From: Eledone cirrhosa
Taxonomy: Eukaryota
Length of the DNA stretch: 64,000 nucleotides
Assembly: GCA_964016885.1 (NCBI GenBank)
Contig: OZ024740.1
Location: 77,190,001 to 77,254,000 of the forward strand
Reading direction: 5' to 3'
This document shows positions 27,291 to 39,200 of the stretch, one piece after another; the stretch's first letter is position 1; the number at the start of each line of letters is the position of its first letter. The position numbers and the translations under genes were made by a program. The notes below the pieces were generated by a model, which was not told where the DNA came from, made no database searches, and was given only the letters and a program-made list of their open reading frames with translations.

Positions 27291-30200
27291 TGATGTTGAT
27301 GTTGGTGTTGTTAGCGATGGTATTGGAGGTGGCGTTGGTGTTGGTGGTGGGGCTGGAGTGCTGTTGATGTTGATTTTGGTGTTGTTAGCGATGGTATTGG
27401 AGTTGGTGTTGGTGGTTGGGCTGGAGTGCTGTTGATGTTGAAGTTGGTGTTGTTAGCGATGGTATTGGAGGTGGCGTTGGTGTTGGTGGTGGGGCTGGAG
27501 TGCTGTTGATGTTGATGTTGGTGTTGTTAGCGATGGTATTGGAGGTGGCGTTGGTGTTGGTGGTGGGGCTGGAGTGCTGTTGATGTTGATGTTGGTGTTG
27601 TTAGCGATGGTATTGGAGTTGGCGTTGGTGTTGGTGGTGGGGCTGGAGTGCTGTTGATGTTGATGTTGGTGTTGTTAGCGATGGTATTGGAGGTGGCGTT
27701 GATGTTGGTGGTGGGGCTGGAGTGCTGTTGATGTTGATGTTGGTGTTGTTAGCGATGGTATTGGAGGTGGCGTTGGTGTTGGTGGTGGGGCTGGAGTGCT
27801 GTTGATGTTGATGTTGGTGTTGTTAGCGATGGTATTGGAGTTGGCGTTGATGTTGGGGCTGGTGGTGGGGCTGGAGTGCTGTTGATGTTGATGTTGGTTT
27901 TGTTAGCGATGGTATTGGAGTTGGCGTTGGTGTAGGTGGTGGGGCTGGACTGCTGTTGATGTTGATGTTGGTGTTGTTAGCGATGGTGTTGGAGGTGGCG
28001 TTGGTGTTGGTGGTGGGGCTGGAGTGCTGTTGATGTTGATTTTGGTGTTGTTAGCGATGGTTTGGGAGTTGGCGTTGATGTTGGTGGTGGGGTTGGAGTG
28101 CTGTTGATGTTGATGTTGGTGTTTTTAGCGATGGTATTGGAGGTGGCGTTGGTGTTGGTGGTGGGGCTGGAGTGCTGTTGATGTTGATTTTGGTGTTGTT
28201 AGCGATGGTATTGGAGTTGGCGTTGATGTTGGTGGTGGGGCTGGAGTGCTGTTGATGTTGATGTTGGTGTTGTTAGCGATGGTATTGGAGGTGGAGTTGG
28301 TGTTGGTGGTGGGGCTGGAGTGCTGTTGATGTTGATTTTGGTGTTGTTAGCGATAGTATTGGAGTTGGCGTTGATGTTGCTGGTGGGGCTGGAGTGCTGT
28401 TTATGTTGATGTTGGTGTTGTTAGCGATGGTATTGGAGGTGGCGTTGGTGTTGGTGGTGGGGCTGGAGTGCTGTTGATGTTGGTTTTGGTGTTGTTAGCG
28501 ATGGTATTGGAGTTGGCGTTGATGTTGGGGCTGGTGGTGGGGCTGGAGTGCTGTTGATGTTGATGTTGGTTTTGTTAGCGATGGTATTGGAGTTGGCGTT
28601 GGTGTTGGTGGTGGGGCTGGAGTGCTGTTGATGTTGATGTTGGTGTTCTTAGCGATGGTATTGGAGTTGGTGTTGGTGTTGGTGTTGGTGGTGGGGCGGG
28701 TGTGCTGTTCATGTTGATGTTGTGTTGTTAGCGATGGTATTGGAGTTAGTGTTGGTGGTGGGGCTGGAATGCTGTTGATGTTGATGTTGGTGTTGTTAGC
28801 GATTGTATTGGAGTTGACGTTGGTGTTGGTGTTGTTGGTGGGGCTGGAGTGCTGTTGATGTTGATGTTGGTGTTGTTAGCGATTGTATTGGAGTTGACGT
28901 TGGTGTTGGTGTTGGTGGTGGGGCTGGAGTGCTGTTGATGTTGATGTTGGTGTTGTTAGCGATTGTATTGAAGTTGACGTTGGTGTTGGTGTTGGTGGTG
29001 GGGCTGGAGTGCTGTTGATGTTGATGTTGGTGTTGTTAGCGATTGTATTGGAGTTGACGTTGGTGTTGGTGTTGGTGGTGGGGCTGGAGTGCTGTTGATG
29101 TTGATGTTGGTGTTGTTAGCGATTGTATTGAAGTTGACGTTGGTGTTGGTGTTGGTGGTGGGGCTGGAGTGCTGTTGATGTTGATTTTGGTGTTGTTAGA
29201 GATGGTATTGGAGTTGGCGTTGGTGTTGGTGGTGGGGCTGGAGTGTTGTTGATATTGATGTTGGTGTTGTTAGCGATTGTATTGGAGTTGACGTTGGTGT
29301 TGGTGTTGGTGGTGGGGCTGGAGTGCTGTTGATGTTGATGTTGGTGTTGTTAGCGATGGTATTGGAGGTGGCGTTGGTGTTGGTGGTGGGGCTGGAGTGC
29401 TGTTGATGTTGATTTTGGTGTTGTTAGCGATGGTATTGGAGTTGGCGTTGGTGTTGGTGGTAGGGCTGGAGTGCTGTTGATGTTGATGTTGGTGTTGTTA
29501 GCGATGGTATTGGAGTTGGAGTTGGTGTTGGTGGTGGGGCTGGAGTGCTGTTGGTGTCGCTGTTGGTGTTGTTAGCGATGGTATTGGAGTTGGCGTTGAT
29601 GTTGGTGGTGGGGCTGGAGTGCTGTTGATATTGATGTTGGTGTTGTTAGCGATGGTATTGGAGTTGGTGTTGGTGTTGGTGTTGGTGGTGGGGCGGGTGT
29701 GCTGTTCATGTTGATGTTGTGTTGTTAGCGATGGTATTGGAGTTAGTGTTGGTGGTGGGGCTGGAATGCTGTTGATGTTGATGTTGGTGTTGTTAGCGAT
29801 TGTATTGGAGTTGACGTTGGTGTTGGTGTTGTTGGTGGGGCTGGAGTGCTGTTGATGTTGATGTTGGTGTTGTTAGCGATTGTATTGGAGTTGACGTTGG
29901 TGTTGGTGTTGGTGGTGGGGCTGGAGTGCTGTTGATGTTGATGTTGGTGTTGTTAGCGATTGTATTGAAGTTGACGTTGGTGTTGGTGTTGGTGGTGGGG
30001 CTGGAGTGCTGTTGATGTTGATGTTGGTGTTGTTAGCGATTGTATTGGAGTTGACGTTGGTGTTGGTGTTGGTGGTGGGGCTGGAGTGCTGTTGATGTTG
30101 ATGTTGGTGTTGTTAGCGATTGTATTGAAGTTGACGTTGGTGTTGGTGTTGGTGGTGGGGCTGGAGTGCTGTTGATGTTGATTTTGGTGTTGTTAGAGAT

Positions 30201-33200
30201 GGTATTGGAGTTGGCGTTGGTGTTGGTGGTGGGGCTGGAGTGTTGTTGATATTGATGTTGGTGTTGTTAGCGATTGTATTGGAGTTGACGTTGGTGTTGG
30301 TGTTGGTGGTGGGGCTGGAGTGCTGTTGATGTTGATGTTGGTGTTGTTAGCGATGGTATTGGAGGTGGCGTTGGTGTTGGTGGTGGGGCTGGAGTGCTGT
30401 TGATGTTGATTTTGGTGTTGTTAGCGATGGTATTGGAGTTGGCGTTGGTGTTGGTGGTAGGGCTGGAGTGCTGTTGATGTTGATGTTGGTGTTGTTAGCG
30501 ATGGTATTGGAGTTGGAGTTGGTGTTGGTGGTGGGGCTGGAGTGCTGTTGGTGTCGCTGTTGGTGTTGTTAGCGATGGTATTGGAGTTGGCGTTGATGTT
30601 GGTGGTGGGGCTGGAGTGCTGTTGATATTGATGTTGGTGTTGTTAGCGATGGTATTGGAGTTGGGGTTGGTGTTGGTGGTAGGGCTGGAGTGCTGTTGAT
30701 GTTGATGTTGGTGTTGTTAGCGATGGTATTGGAGTTGGCGTTGATGTTGGTGGTGGGGCTGGAGTGCTGTTGATGTTGATGTTGGTGTTGTTAGCGATGG
30801 TGTTGGAGTTGGCGTTGGTGTTGGTGGTGGGGCTGGAGTGCTGTTGATGTTGATGTTGGTGTGGTTAGCGATGGTATTGGAGTTGGTGTTGGTGTTGGTG
30901 TTGGTGGTGGGGCTGGAGTGCTGTTGATGTTGATGTTGGTGTTGTTAGCGATGGTATTGGAGTTGGTGTTGGTGTTGGTGTTGGTGGTGGGGCTGGAGTG
31001 CTGTTGGGGCAGGAGTGCTGTTGATGTTGATGTTGGTGTTGTTAGCGATGGTATTGGAGTTGGCGATGGTGTTGCTGGTGGGGCTGGAGTGCTGTTGATG
31101 TTGATGTTGGTGTTGTTAGCGATGGTATTGGAGTTGGTGTTGGTGTTGGAGTTGGTGTTGGTGTTGGAGTTGGTGTTGGGGCAGGAGTGCTGTTGATGTT
31201 GATGTTGGTGTTGTTAGCGATGGTATTGAGTTGGTGTTGGTGTTGGAGTTGGTGGTGGGGCAGGAGTGCTGTTGATGTTGATGTTGGTGTTGTTAGCGAT
31301 GGTATTGAGTTGGTGTTGGTGTTGGAGTTGGTGTTGGTGTTGGAGTTGGTGTTGGGGCAGGAGTGCTGTTGATGTTGATGTTGGTGTTGTTAGCGATGGT
31401 ATTGGAGTTGGCGTTGGTGTTGGAGTTGGTGGTGGGGCTGGAGTGATGTTGATGTTGGTGTTGTTAGCGATTGTATTGGAGTTGGTGTTGGTGTTGGTGG
31501 TGGGGCTGGAGTGCTGTTGATGTTGATGTTGGTGTTGTTAGCGATTGTATTGGAGTTGGTGTTGGTGTTGGTGGTGGGGCCGGAGTGGTGTTGTTAGCGA
31601 TGGTATTGGAGTTGGTGTTGGTGTTGGTGGTGGGGCTGGTGTGCTGTTGATGTTGATGTTGGTGTTGTTAGCGATCTTATTGGATGTGGCGTTGGTGTTG
31701 GTGGTGGGGCTGGAGTGCTGTTGATGTTGATGTTGGTGTTGTTAGCGAAGGTATTGGAGTTGGTGTTGGTGTTGGAGTTGGTGTTGGTGTTGGAGTTGGT
31801 GTTGGGGCAGGAGTGCTGTTGATGTTGATGTTGGTGTTGTTAGCGATTGTATTGGAGTTGGCGTTGGTGTTGGTGGTGGGGCTGGAGTGTTGTTGATGTT
31901 GATGTTGGTGTTGTTAGCGATGGTATTGGAGTTGGCGTTGGTGTTGGAGTTGGTGGTGGGGCTGGAGTGCTGTTGATGTTGATGTTGGTGTTGTTAGCGA
32001 AGGTATTCGAGTTGGCGTTGGTGTTGGTGGTGGGGCTGGAGTGTTGTTGATGTTGATGGTGGTGTTGTTAGCGATGGTATTGGAGTTGGCGTTGGTGTTG
32101 GTGTTGGTGGTGGGGCTGGAGTGCTGTTGATGTTGATGTTGGTGTTGTTAGCGATGGTATTGGAGTTGGCGTTGGTGTTGGTGGTGGGGCTGGAGTGCTG
32201 TTGATGTTGATGTTGGTGTGGTTAGCGATGGTATTCGAGTTGGTGTTGGTGTTGGTGGTGGGGCTGGAGTGCTGTTGATGTTGATGTTGGTGTTGTTAGC
32301 GATGGTATGGGAGTTGGTGTTGGTGTTGGTGGTGGGGCTGGAGTGCTGTTGATGTTGATGTTGGTGTGGTTAGGGATGGTATGGGAGTTGGTGTTGGTGG
32401 TGGGGCTGGAGTGTTGTTGATGTTGATGTTGGTGTTGTTAGCGTTGGTATGGGAGTTGGTGTTGGTGTTGGTGATGGGGCTGGAGTGCTGTTGATGTTGA
32501 TGTTGGTGTTGTTAGCGATGGTATGGGAGTTGGTGTTGGTGTTGGTGGTGGGGCTGGAGTGCTGTTGATGTTGATGTTGGTGTTGTTAGCGATGGTATGG
32601 GAGTTGGTGTTGGTGTTGGTGGTGGGGCTGGAGTGCTGTTGATGTTGATGCTGGTGTTGTTAGCGATGGTATTGGAGTTGGCGTTGGTGTTGGTGGTGGG
32701 GCTGGAGTGCTGTTGATGTTGATGTTGGTATTGTTAGCGATGGTATTGGAGTTGGTGTTGGTGTTGGTGGTGGGGCGGGAGTGCTGTGATATTGATGTTG
32801 GTGTTGTTAGCGATGGTATTGGAGTTGGTGTTGGTGGTTGGGCTGGAGTGCTGTTGATGTTGAAGTTGGTGTTGTTAGCGATGGTATTGGAGGTGGCGTT
32901 GGTGTTGGTGGTGGGGCTGGAGTGCTGTTGATGTTGATGTTGATGTTGTTAGCGATGGTATTGGAGGTGGCGTTGGTGTTGGTGGTGGGGCTGGAGTGCT
33001 GTTGATGTTGATGTTGGTGTTGTTAGCGATGGTATTGGAGTTGGTGTTGGTGGTTGGGCTGGAGTGCTGTTGATGTTGAAGTTAGTGTTGTTAGCGATGG
33101 TATTGGAGGTGGCGTTGGTGTTGGTGGTGGGGCTGGAGTGCTGTTGATGTTGATGTTGGTGTTGTTAGCGATGGTATTGGAGGTGGCGTTGGTGTTGGTG

Positions 33201-36200
33201 GTGGGGCTGGAGTGCTGTTGATGTTGATTTTGGTGTTGTTAGCGATGGTATTGGAGTTGGTGTTGGTGGTTGGGCTGGAGTGCTGTTGATGTTGAAGTTG
33301 GTGTTGTTAGCGATGGTATTGGAGGTGGCGTTGGTGTTGGTGGTGGGGCTGGAGTGCTGTTGATGTTGATGTTGGTGTTGTTAGCGATGGTATTGGAGGT
33401 GGCGTTGGTGTTGGTGGTGGGGCTGGAGTGCTGTTGATGTTGATGTTGGTGTTGTTAGCGATGGTATTGGAGTTGGCGTTGGTGTTGGTGGTGGGGCTGG
33501 AGTGCTGTTGATGTTGATGTTGGTGTTGTTAGCGATGGTATTGGAGGTGGCGTTGATGTTGGTGGTGGGGCTGGAGTGCTGTTGATGTTGATGTTGGTGT
33601 TGTTAGCGATGGTATTGGAGGTGGCGTTGGTGTTGGTGGTGGGGCTGGAGTGCTGTTGATGTTGATGTTGGTGTTGTTAGCGATGGTATTGGAGTTGGCG
33701 TTGATGTTGGGGCTGGTGGTGGGGCTGGAGTGCTGTTGATGTTGATGTTGGTTTTGTTAGCGATGGTATTGGAGTTGGCGTTGGTGTAGGTGGTGGGGCT
33801 GGACTGCTGTTGATGTTGATGTTGGTGTTGTTAGCGATGGTGTTGGAGGTGGCGTTGGTGTTGGTGGTGGGGCTGGAGTGCTGTTGATGTTGATTTTGGT
33901 GTTGTTAGCGATGGTTTGGGAGTTGGCGTTGATGTTGGTGGTGGGGCTGGAGTGCTGTTGATGTTGATGTTGGTGTTTTTAGCGATGGTATTGGAGGTGG
34001 CGTTGGTGTTGGTGGTGGGGCTGGAGTGCTGTTGATGTTGATTTTGGTGTTGTTAGCGATGGTATTGGAGTTGGCGTTGATGTTGGTGGTGGGGCTGGAG
34101 TGCTGTTGATGTTGATGTTGGTGTTGTTAGCGATGGTATTGGAGGTGGAGTTGGTGTTGGTGGTGGGGCTGGAGTGCTGTTGATGTTGATTTTGGTGTTG
34201 TTAGCGATAGTATTGGAGTTGGCGTTGATGTTGCTGGTGGGGCTGGAGTGCTGTTTATGTTGATGTTGGTGTTGTTAGCGATGGTATTGGAGGTGGCGTT
34301 GGTGTTGGTGGTGGGGCTGGAGTGCTGTTGATGTTGGTTTTGGTGTTGTTAGCGATGGTATTGGAGTTGGCGTTGATGTTGGGGCTGGTGGTGGGGCTGG
34401 AGTGCTGTTGATGTTGATGTTGGTTTTGTTAGCGATGGTATTGGAGTTGGCGTTGGTGTTGGTGGTGGGGCTGGAGTGCTGTTGATGTTGATGTTGGTGT
34501 TCTTAGCGATGGTATTGGAGTTGGTGTTGGTGTTGGTGTTGGTGGTGGGGCGGGTGTGCTGTTCATGTTGATGTTGTGTTGTTAGCGATGGTATTGGAGT
34601 TAGTGTTGGTGGTGGGGCTGGAATGCTGTTGATGTTGATGTTGGTGTTGTTAGCGATTGTATTGGAGTTGACGTTGGTGTTGGTGTTGTTGGTGGGGCTG
34701 GAGTGCTGTTGATGTTGATGTTGGTGTTGTTAGCGATTGTATTGGAGTTGACGTTGGTGTTGGTGTTGGTGGTGGGGCTGGAGTGCTGTTGATGTTGATG
34801 TTGGTGTTGTTAGCGATTGTATTGAAGTTGACGTTGGTGTTGGTGTTGGTGGTGGGGCTGGAGTGCTGTTGATGTTGATGTTGGTGTTGTTAGCGATTGT
34901 ATTGGAGTTGACGTTGGTGTTGGTGTTGGTGGTGGGGCTGGAGTGCTGTTGATGTTGATGTTGGTGTTGTTAGCGATTGTATTGAAGTTGACGTTGGTGT
35001 TGGTGTTGGTGGTGGGGCTGGAGTGCTGTTGATGTTGATTTTGGTGTTGTTAGAGATGGTATTGGAGTTGGCGTTGGTGTTGGTGGTGGGGCTGGAGTGT
35101 TGTTGATATTGATGTTGGTGTTGTTAGCGATTGTATTGGAGTTGACGTTGGTGTTGGTGTTGGTGGTGGGGCTGGAGTGCTGTTGATGTTGATGTTGGTG
35201 TTGTTAGCGATGGTATTGGAGGTGGCGTTGGTGTTGGTGGTGGGGCTGGAGTGCTGTTGATGTTGATTTTGGTGTTGTTAGCGATGGTATTGGAGTTGGC
35301 GTTGGTGTTGGTGGTAGGGCTGGAGTGCTGTTGATGTTGATGTTGGTGTTGTTAGCGATGGTATTGGAGTTGGAGTTGGTGTTGGTGGTGGGGCTGGAGT
35401 GCTGTTGGTGTCGCTGTTGGTGTTGTTAGCGATGGTATTGGAGTTGGCGTTGATGTTGGTGGTGGGGCTGGAGTGCTGTTGATATTGATGTTGGTGTTGT
35501 TAGCGATGGTATTGGAGTTGGGGTTGGTGTTGGTGGTAGGGCTGGAGTGCTGTTGATGTTGATGTTGGTGTTGTTAGCGATGGTATTGGAGTTGGCGTTG
35601 ATGTTGGTGGTGGGGCTGGAGTGCTGTTGATGTTGATGTTGGTGTTGTTAGCGATGGTGTTGGAGTTGGCGTTGGTGTTGGTGGTGGGGCTGGAGTGCTG
35701 TTGATGTTGATGTTGGTGTTGTTAGCGATGGTGTTGGAGTTGGCGTTGGTGTTGGTGGTGGGGCTGGAGTGCTGTTGATGTTGATGGTGTGTTGTTAGCG
35801 ATGGTATTGGAGTTGACGTTGGTGTTGGTGGTGGGGCTGGAGTGCCGTTGATGTTGATGTTGGTTTTGTTAGCGATGGTGTTGGAGTTGGCGTTGGTGTT
35901 GGTGGTGGGGCTGGAGTGCTGTTGATGTTGATGTTGGTGTGGTTAGCGATGGTATTGGAGTTGGTGTTGGTGTTGGTGTTGGTGGTGGGGCTGGAGTGCT
36001 GTTGATGTTGATGTTGGTGTTGTTAGCGATGGTATTGGAGTTGGTGTTGGTGTTGGTGTTGGTGGTGGGGCTGGAGTGCTGTTGGGGCAGGAGTGCTGTT
36101 GATGTTGATGTTGGTGTTGTTAGCGATGGTATTGGAGTTGGCGATGGTGTTGCTGGTGGGGCTGGAGTGCTGTTGATGTTGATGTTGGTGTTGTTAGCGA

Positions 36201-39200
36201 TGGTATTGGAGTTGGTGTTGGTGTTGGAGTTGGTGTTGGTGTTGGAGTTGGTGTTGGGGCAGGAGTGCTGTTGATGTTGATGTTGGTGTTGTTAGCGATG
36301 GTATTGAGTTGGTGTTGGTGTTGGAGTTGGTGGTGGGGCAGGAGTGCTGTTGATGTTGATGTTGGTGTTGTTAGCGATGGTATTGAGTTGGTGTTGGTGT
36401 TGGAGTTGGTGTTGGTGTTGGAGTTGGTGTTGGGGCAGGAGTGCTGTTGATGTTGATGTTGGTGTTGTTAGCGATGGTATTGGAGTTGGCGTTGGTGTTG
36501 GAGTTGGTGGTGGGGCTGGAGTGATGTTGATGTTGGTGTTGTTAGCGATTGTATTGGAGTTGGTGTTGGTGTTGGTGGTGGGGCTGGAGTGCTGTTGATG
36601 TTGATGTTGGTGTTGTTAGCGATTGTATTGGAGTTGGTGTTGGTGTTGGTGGTGGGGCCGGAGTGGTGTTGTTAGCGATGGTATTGGAGTTGGTGTTGGT
36701 GTTGGTGGTGGGGCTGGTGTGCTGTTGATGTTGATGTTGGTGTTGTTAGCGATCTTATTGGATGTGGCGTTGGTGTTGGTGGTGGGGCTGGAGTGCTGTT
36801 GATGTTGATGTTGGTGTTGTTAGCGAAGGTATTGGAGTTGGTGTTGGTGTTGGAGTTGGTGTTGGGGCAGGAGTGCTGTTGATGTTGATGTTGGTGTTGT
36901 TAGCGATTGTATTGGAGTTGGCGTTGGTGTTGGTGGTGGGGCTGGAGTGTTGTTGATGTTGATGTTGGTGTTGTTAGCGATGGTATTGGAGTTGGCGTTG
37001 GTGTTGGAGTTGGTGGTGGGGCTGGAGTGCTGTTGATGTTGATGTTGGTGTTGTTAGCGAAGGTATTCGAGTTGGCGTTGGTGTTGGTGGTGGGGCTGGA
37101 GTGTTGTTGATGTTGATGGTGGTGTTGTTAGCGATGGTATTGGAGTTGGCGTTGGTGTTGGTGTTGGTGGTGGGGCTGGAGTGCTGTTGATGTTGATGTT
37201 GGTGTTGTTAGCGATGGTATTGGAGTTGGCGTTGGTGTTGGAGTTGGTGGTGTGGCTAGAGTGCTGTTGATGTTGAAGTTGGTGTTGTTAGCGATGGTAT
37301 TGGAGTTGGTGTGGTGCTGGTGGTGGGGCGGGAGTGTTTTTGATGTTGATGTTGGCGTTGTTAGCGATGTTATTGGAGGTGGCGTTGGTGTTGGTAGTGG
37401 TGCTGGAGTGCTGTTGATGTTGATGTTGGTGTTGTTAGCGATGGTATTGGAGTTGGCATTGGTGTTGGTGGTGGGGCTGGAGTGCTGTTGATGTTGATGT
37501 TGTTAGCGATGGTATTGGAGTTGGCGTTGGTGTTGGTGTTGGTGGTGGGGTTGGAGTGCTGTTGATGTTGATGTTGGTGTTGTTAGCGATGGTATTGGAG
37601 TTGGGGTTGGTGTTGGTGTTGGTGGTGGGGCTGGAGTGCTCTTGATGTTCATGTTGGTGTTGTCAGCGATGGTATTGCAGTTGGTGTTGGTGTTGGTGGT
37701 GGGGCTGGAGTGCTGTTGATGTTGATGTTGGTGTTGTTAGAGATGGTATTGGAGTTGGTGTTGGTGTTGGTGGTGGGGCTGGAGTACTGTTGATGTTGTT
37801 GTTGGTGTTGTTAGCGATGGTATTGGAGTTGGCGTTGGTGGTGGGGCTGGAGGGCTGTTGTTGTTGATGTTGGTGTTGTTAGCGATGGTATTGGAGCTGG
37901 TGTTGGTGGTGGGGCTGGAGGGCTGTTGATGTTGATGTTGGTGTTATTAGCGATGGTATTGGAGTTGGCGTCGGTGTTGGTGGTGGGGCTGGAGGGCTGT
38001 TGATGTTGATGTTGGTGTTGTTAGCGATGGTATTGCTGTTGGTGTTGGTGGTGGGGCTGCAACGCTGTTGATGTTGATGTTGGTGTTGTTAGCGATGGTA
38101 TTGGAGTTGGCGTCGGTGTTGGTGGTGGGGCTGGAGTGCTGTTGATGTTGATGTTGGTGTTGTTAGCGATTGTATTGGAGTTGGTGTTGGTGGTGGGGCT
38201 GGAACGCTGTTGATGTTGATGTTGGTGTTGTTAGCGATGGTATTGGAGTTGGTGTTGGTGTTGGTGCTGGGGCTGGAGTGCTGTTGATCTTGATGTTGGT
38301 GTTCTTAGCGATTGTATTGGAGTTGGCGTCGGTGTTGGTGGTGGGGCTGGAGTGCTGTTGATGTTGATGTTGGTGTTGTTAGCGATTGTATTGGAGTTGG
38401 TGTTGGTGTTGGTGGTGGGGCTGGAGGGCTGTTGATGTTGATGTTTGTGTTGTTAGCGATGGTATTGCTGTTGGTGTTGGTGGTGGGGCTGGAACGCTGT
38501 TGATGTTGATGTTGGTGTTCTTAGCGATTGTATTGGAGTTGGTGTTGGTGTTGGTGGTGGGGCTGGAGGGCTGTTGATGTTGATGTTTGTGTTGTTAGCG
38601 ATGGCATTGCTGTTGGTGTTGGTGGTGGGGCTGGAACGCTGTTGATGTTGATGTTGGTGTTGTTAGCGATGGTATGGGAGTAGGCGTTGGTGTTGGTGGT
38701 GGGGCTGGAGTGCTGTTGATGTTGATGTTGGTGTGGTTAGCGATGGTATTCGAGTTGGTGTTGGTGTTGGTGGTGGGGCTGGAGTGCTGTTGATGTTGAT
38801 GTTGGTGTTGTTAGCGATGGTATGGGAGTTGGTGTTGGTGTTGGTGGTGGGGCTGGAGTGCTGTTGATGTTGATGTTGGTGTGGTTAGGGATGGTATGGG
38901 AGTTGGTGTTGGTGGTGGGGCTGGAGTGTTGTTGATGTTGATGTTGGTGTTGTTAGCGTTGGTATGGGAGTTGGTGTTGGTGTTGGTGATGGGGCTGGAG
39001 TGCTGTTGATGTTGATGTTGGTGTTGTTAGCGATGGTATGGGAGTTGGTGTTGGTGTTGGTGGTGGGGCTGGAGTGCTGTTGATGTTGATGTTGGTGTTG
39101 TTAGCGATGGTATGGGAGTTGGTGTTGGTGTTGGTGGTGGGGCTGGAGTGCTGTTGATGTTGATGCTGGTGTTGTTAGCGATGGTATTGGAGTTGGCGTT

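Noticed and set aside
27855-27870. Chi site GCTGGTGG and immunoglobulin switch-like GGGCT/GAGCT pentamers
   Set aside because: Expected by chance from this G-rich consensus. Density is about one pentamer per 74 bp and there is no supporting locus context.
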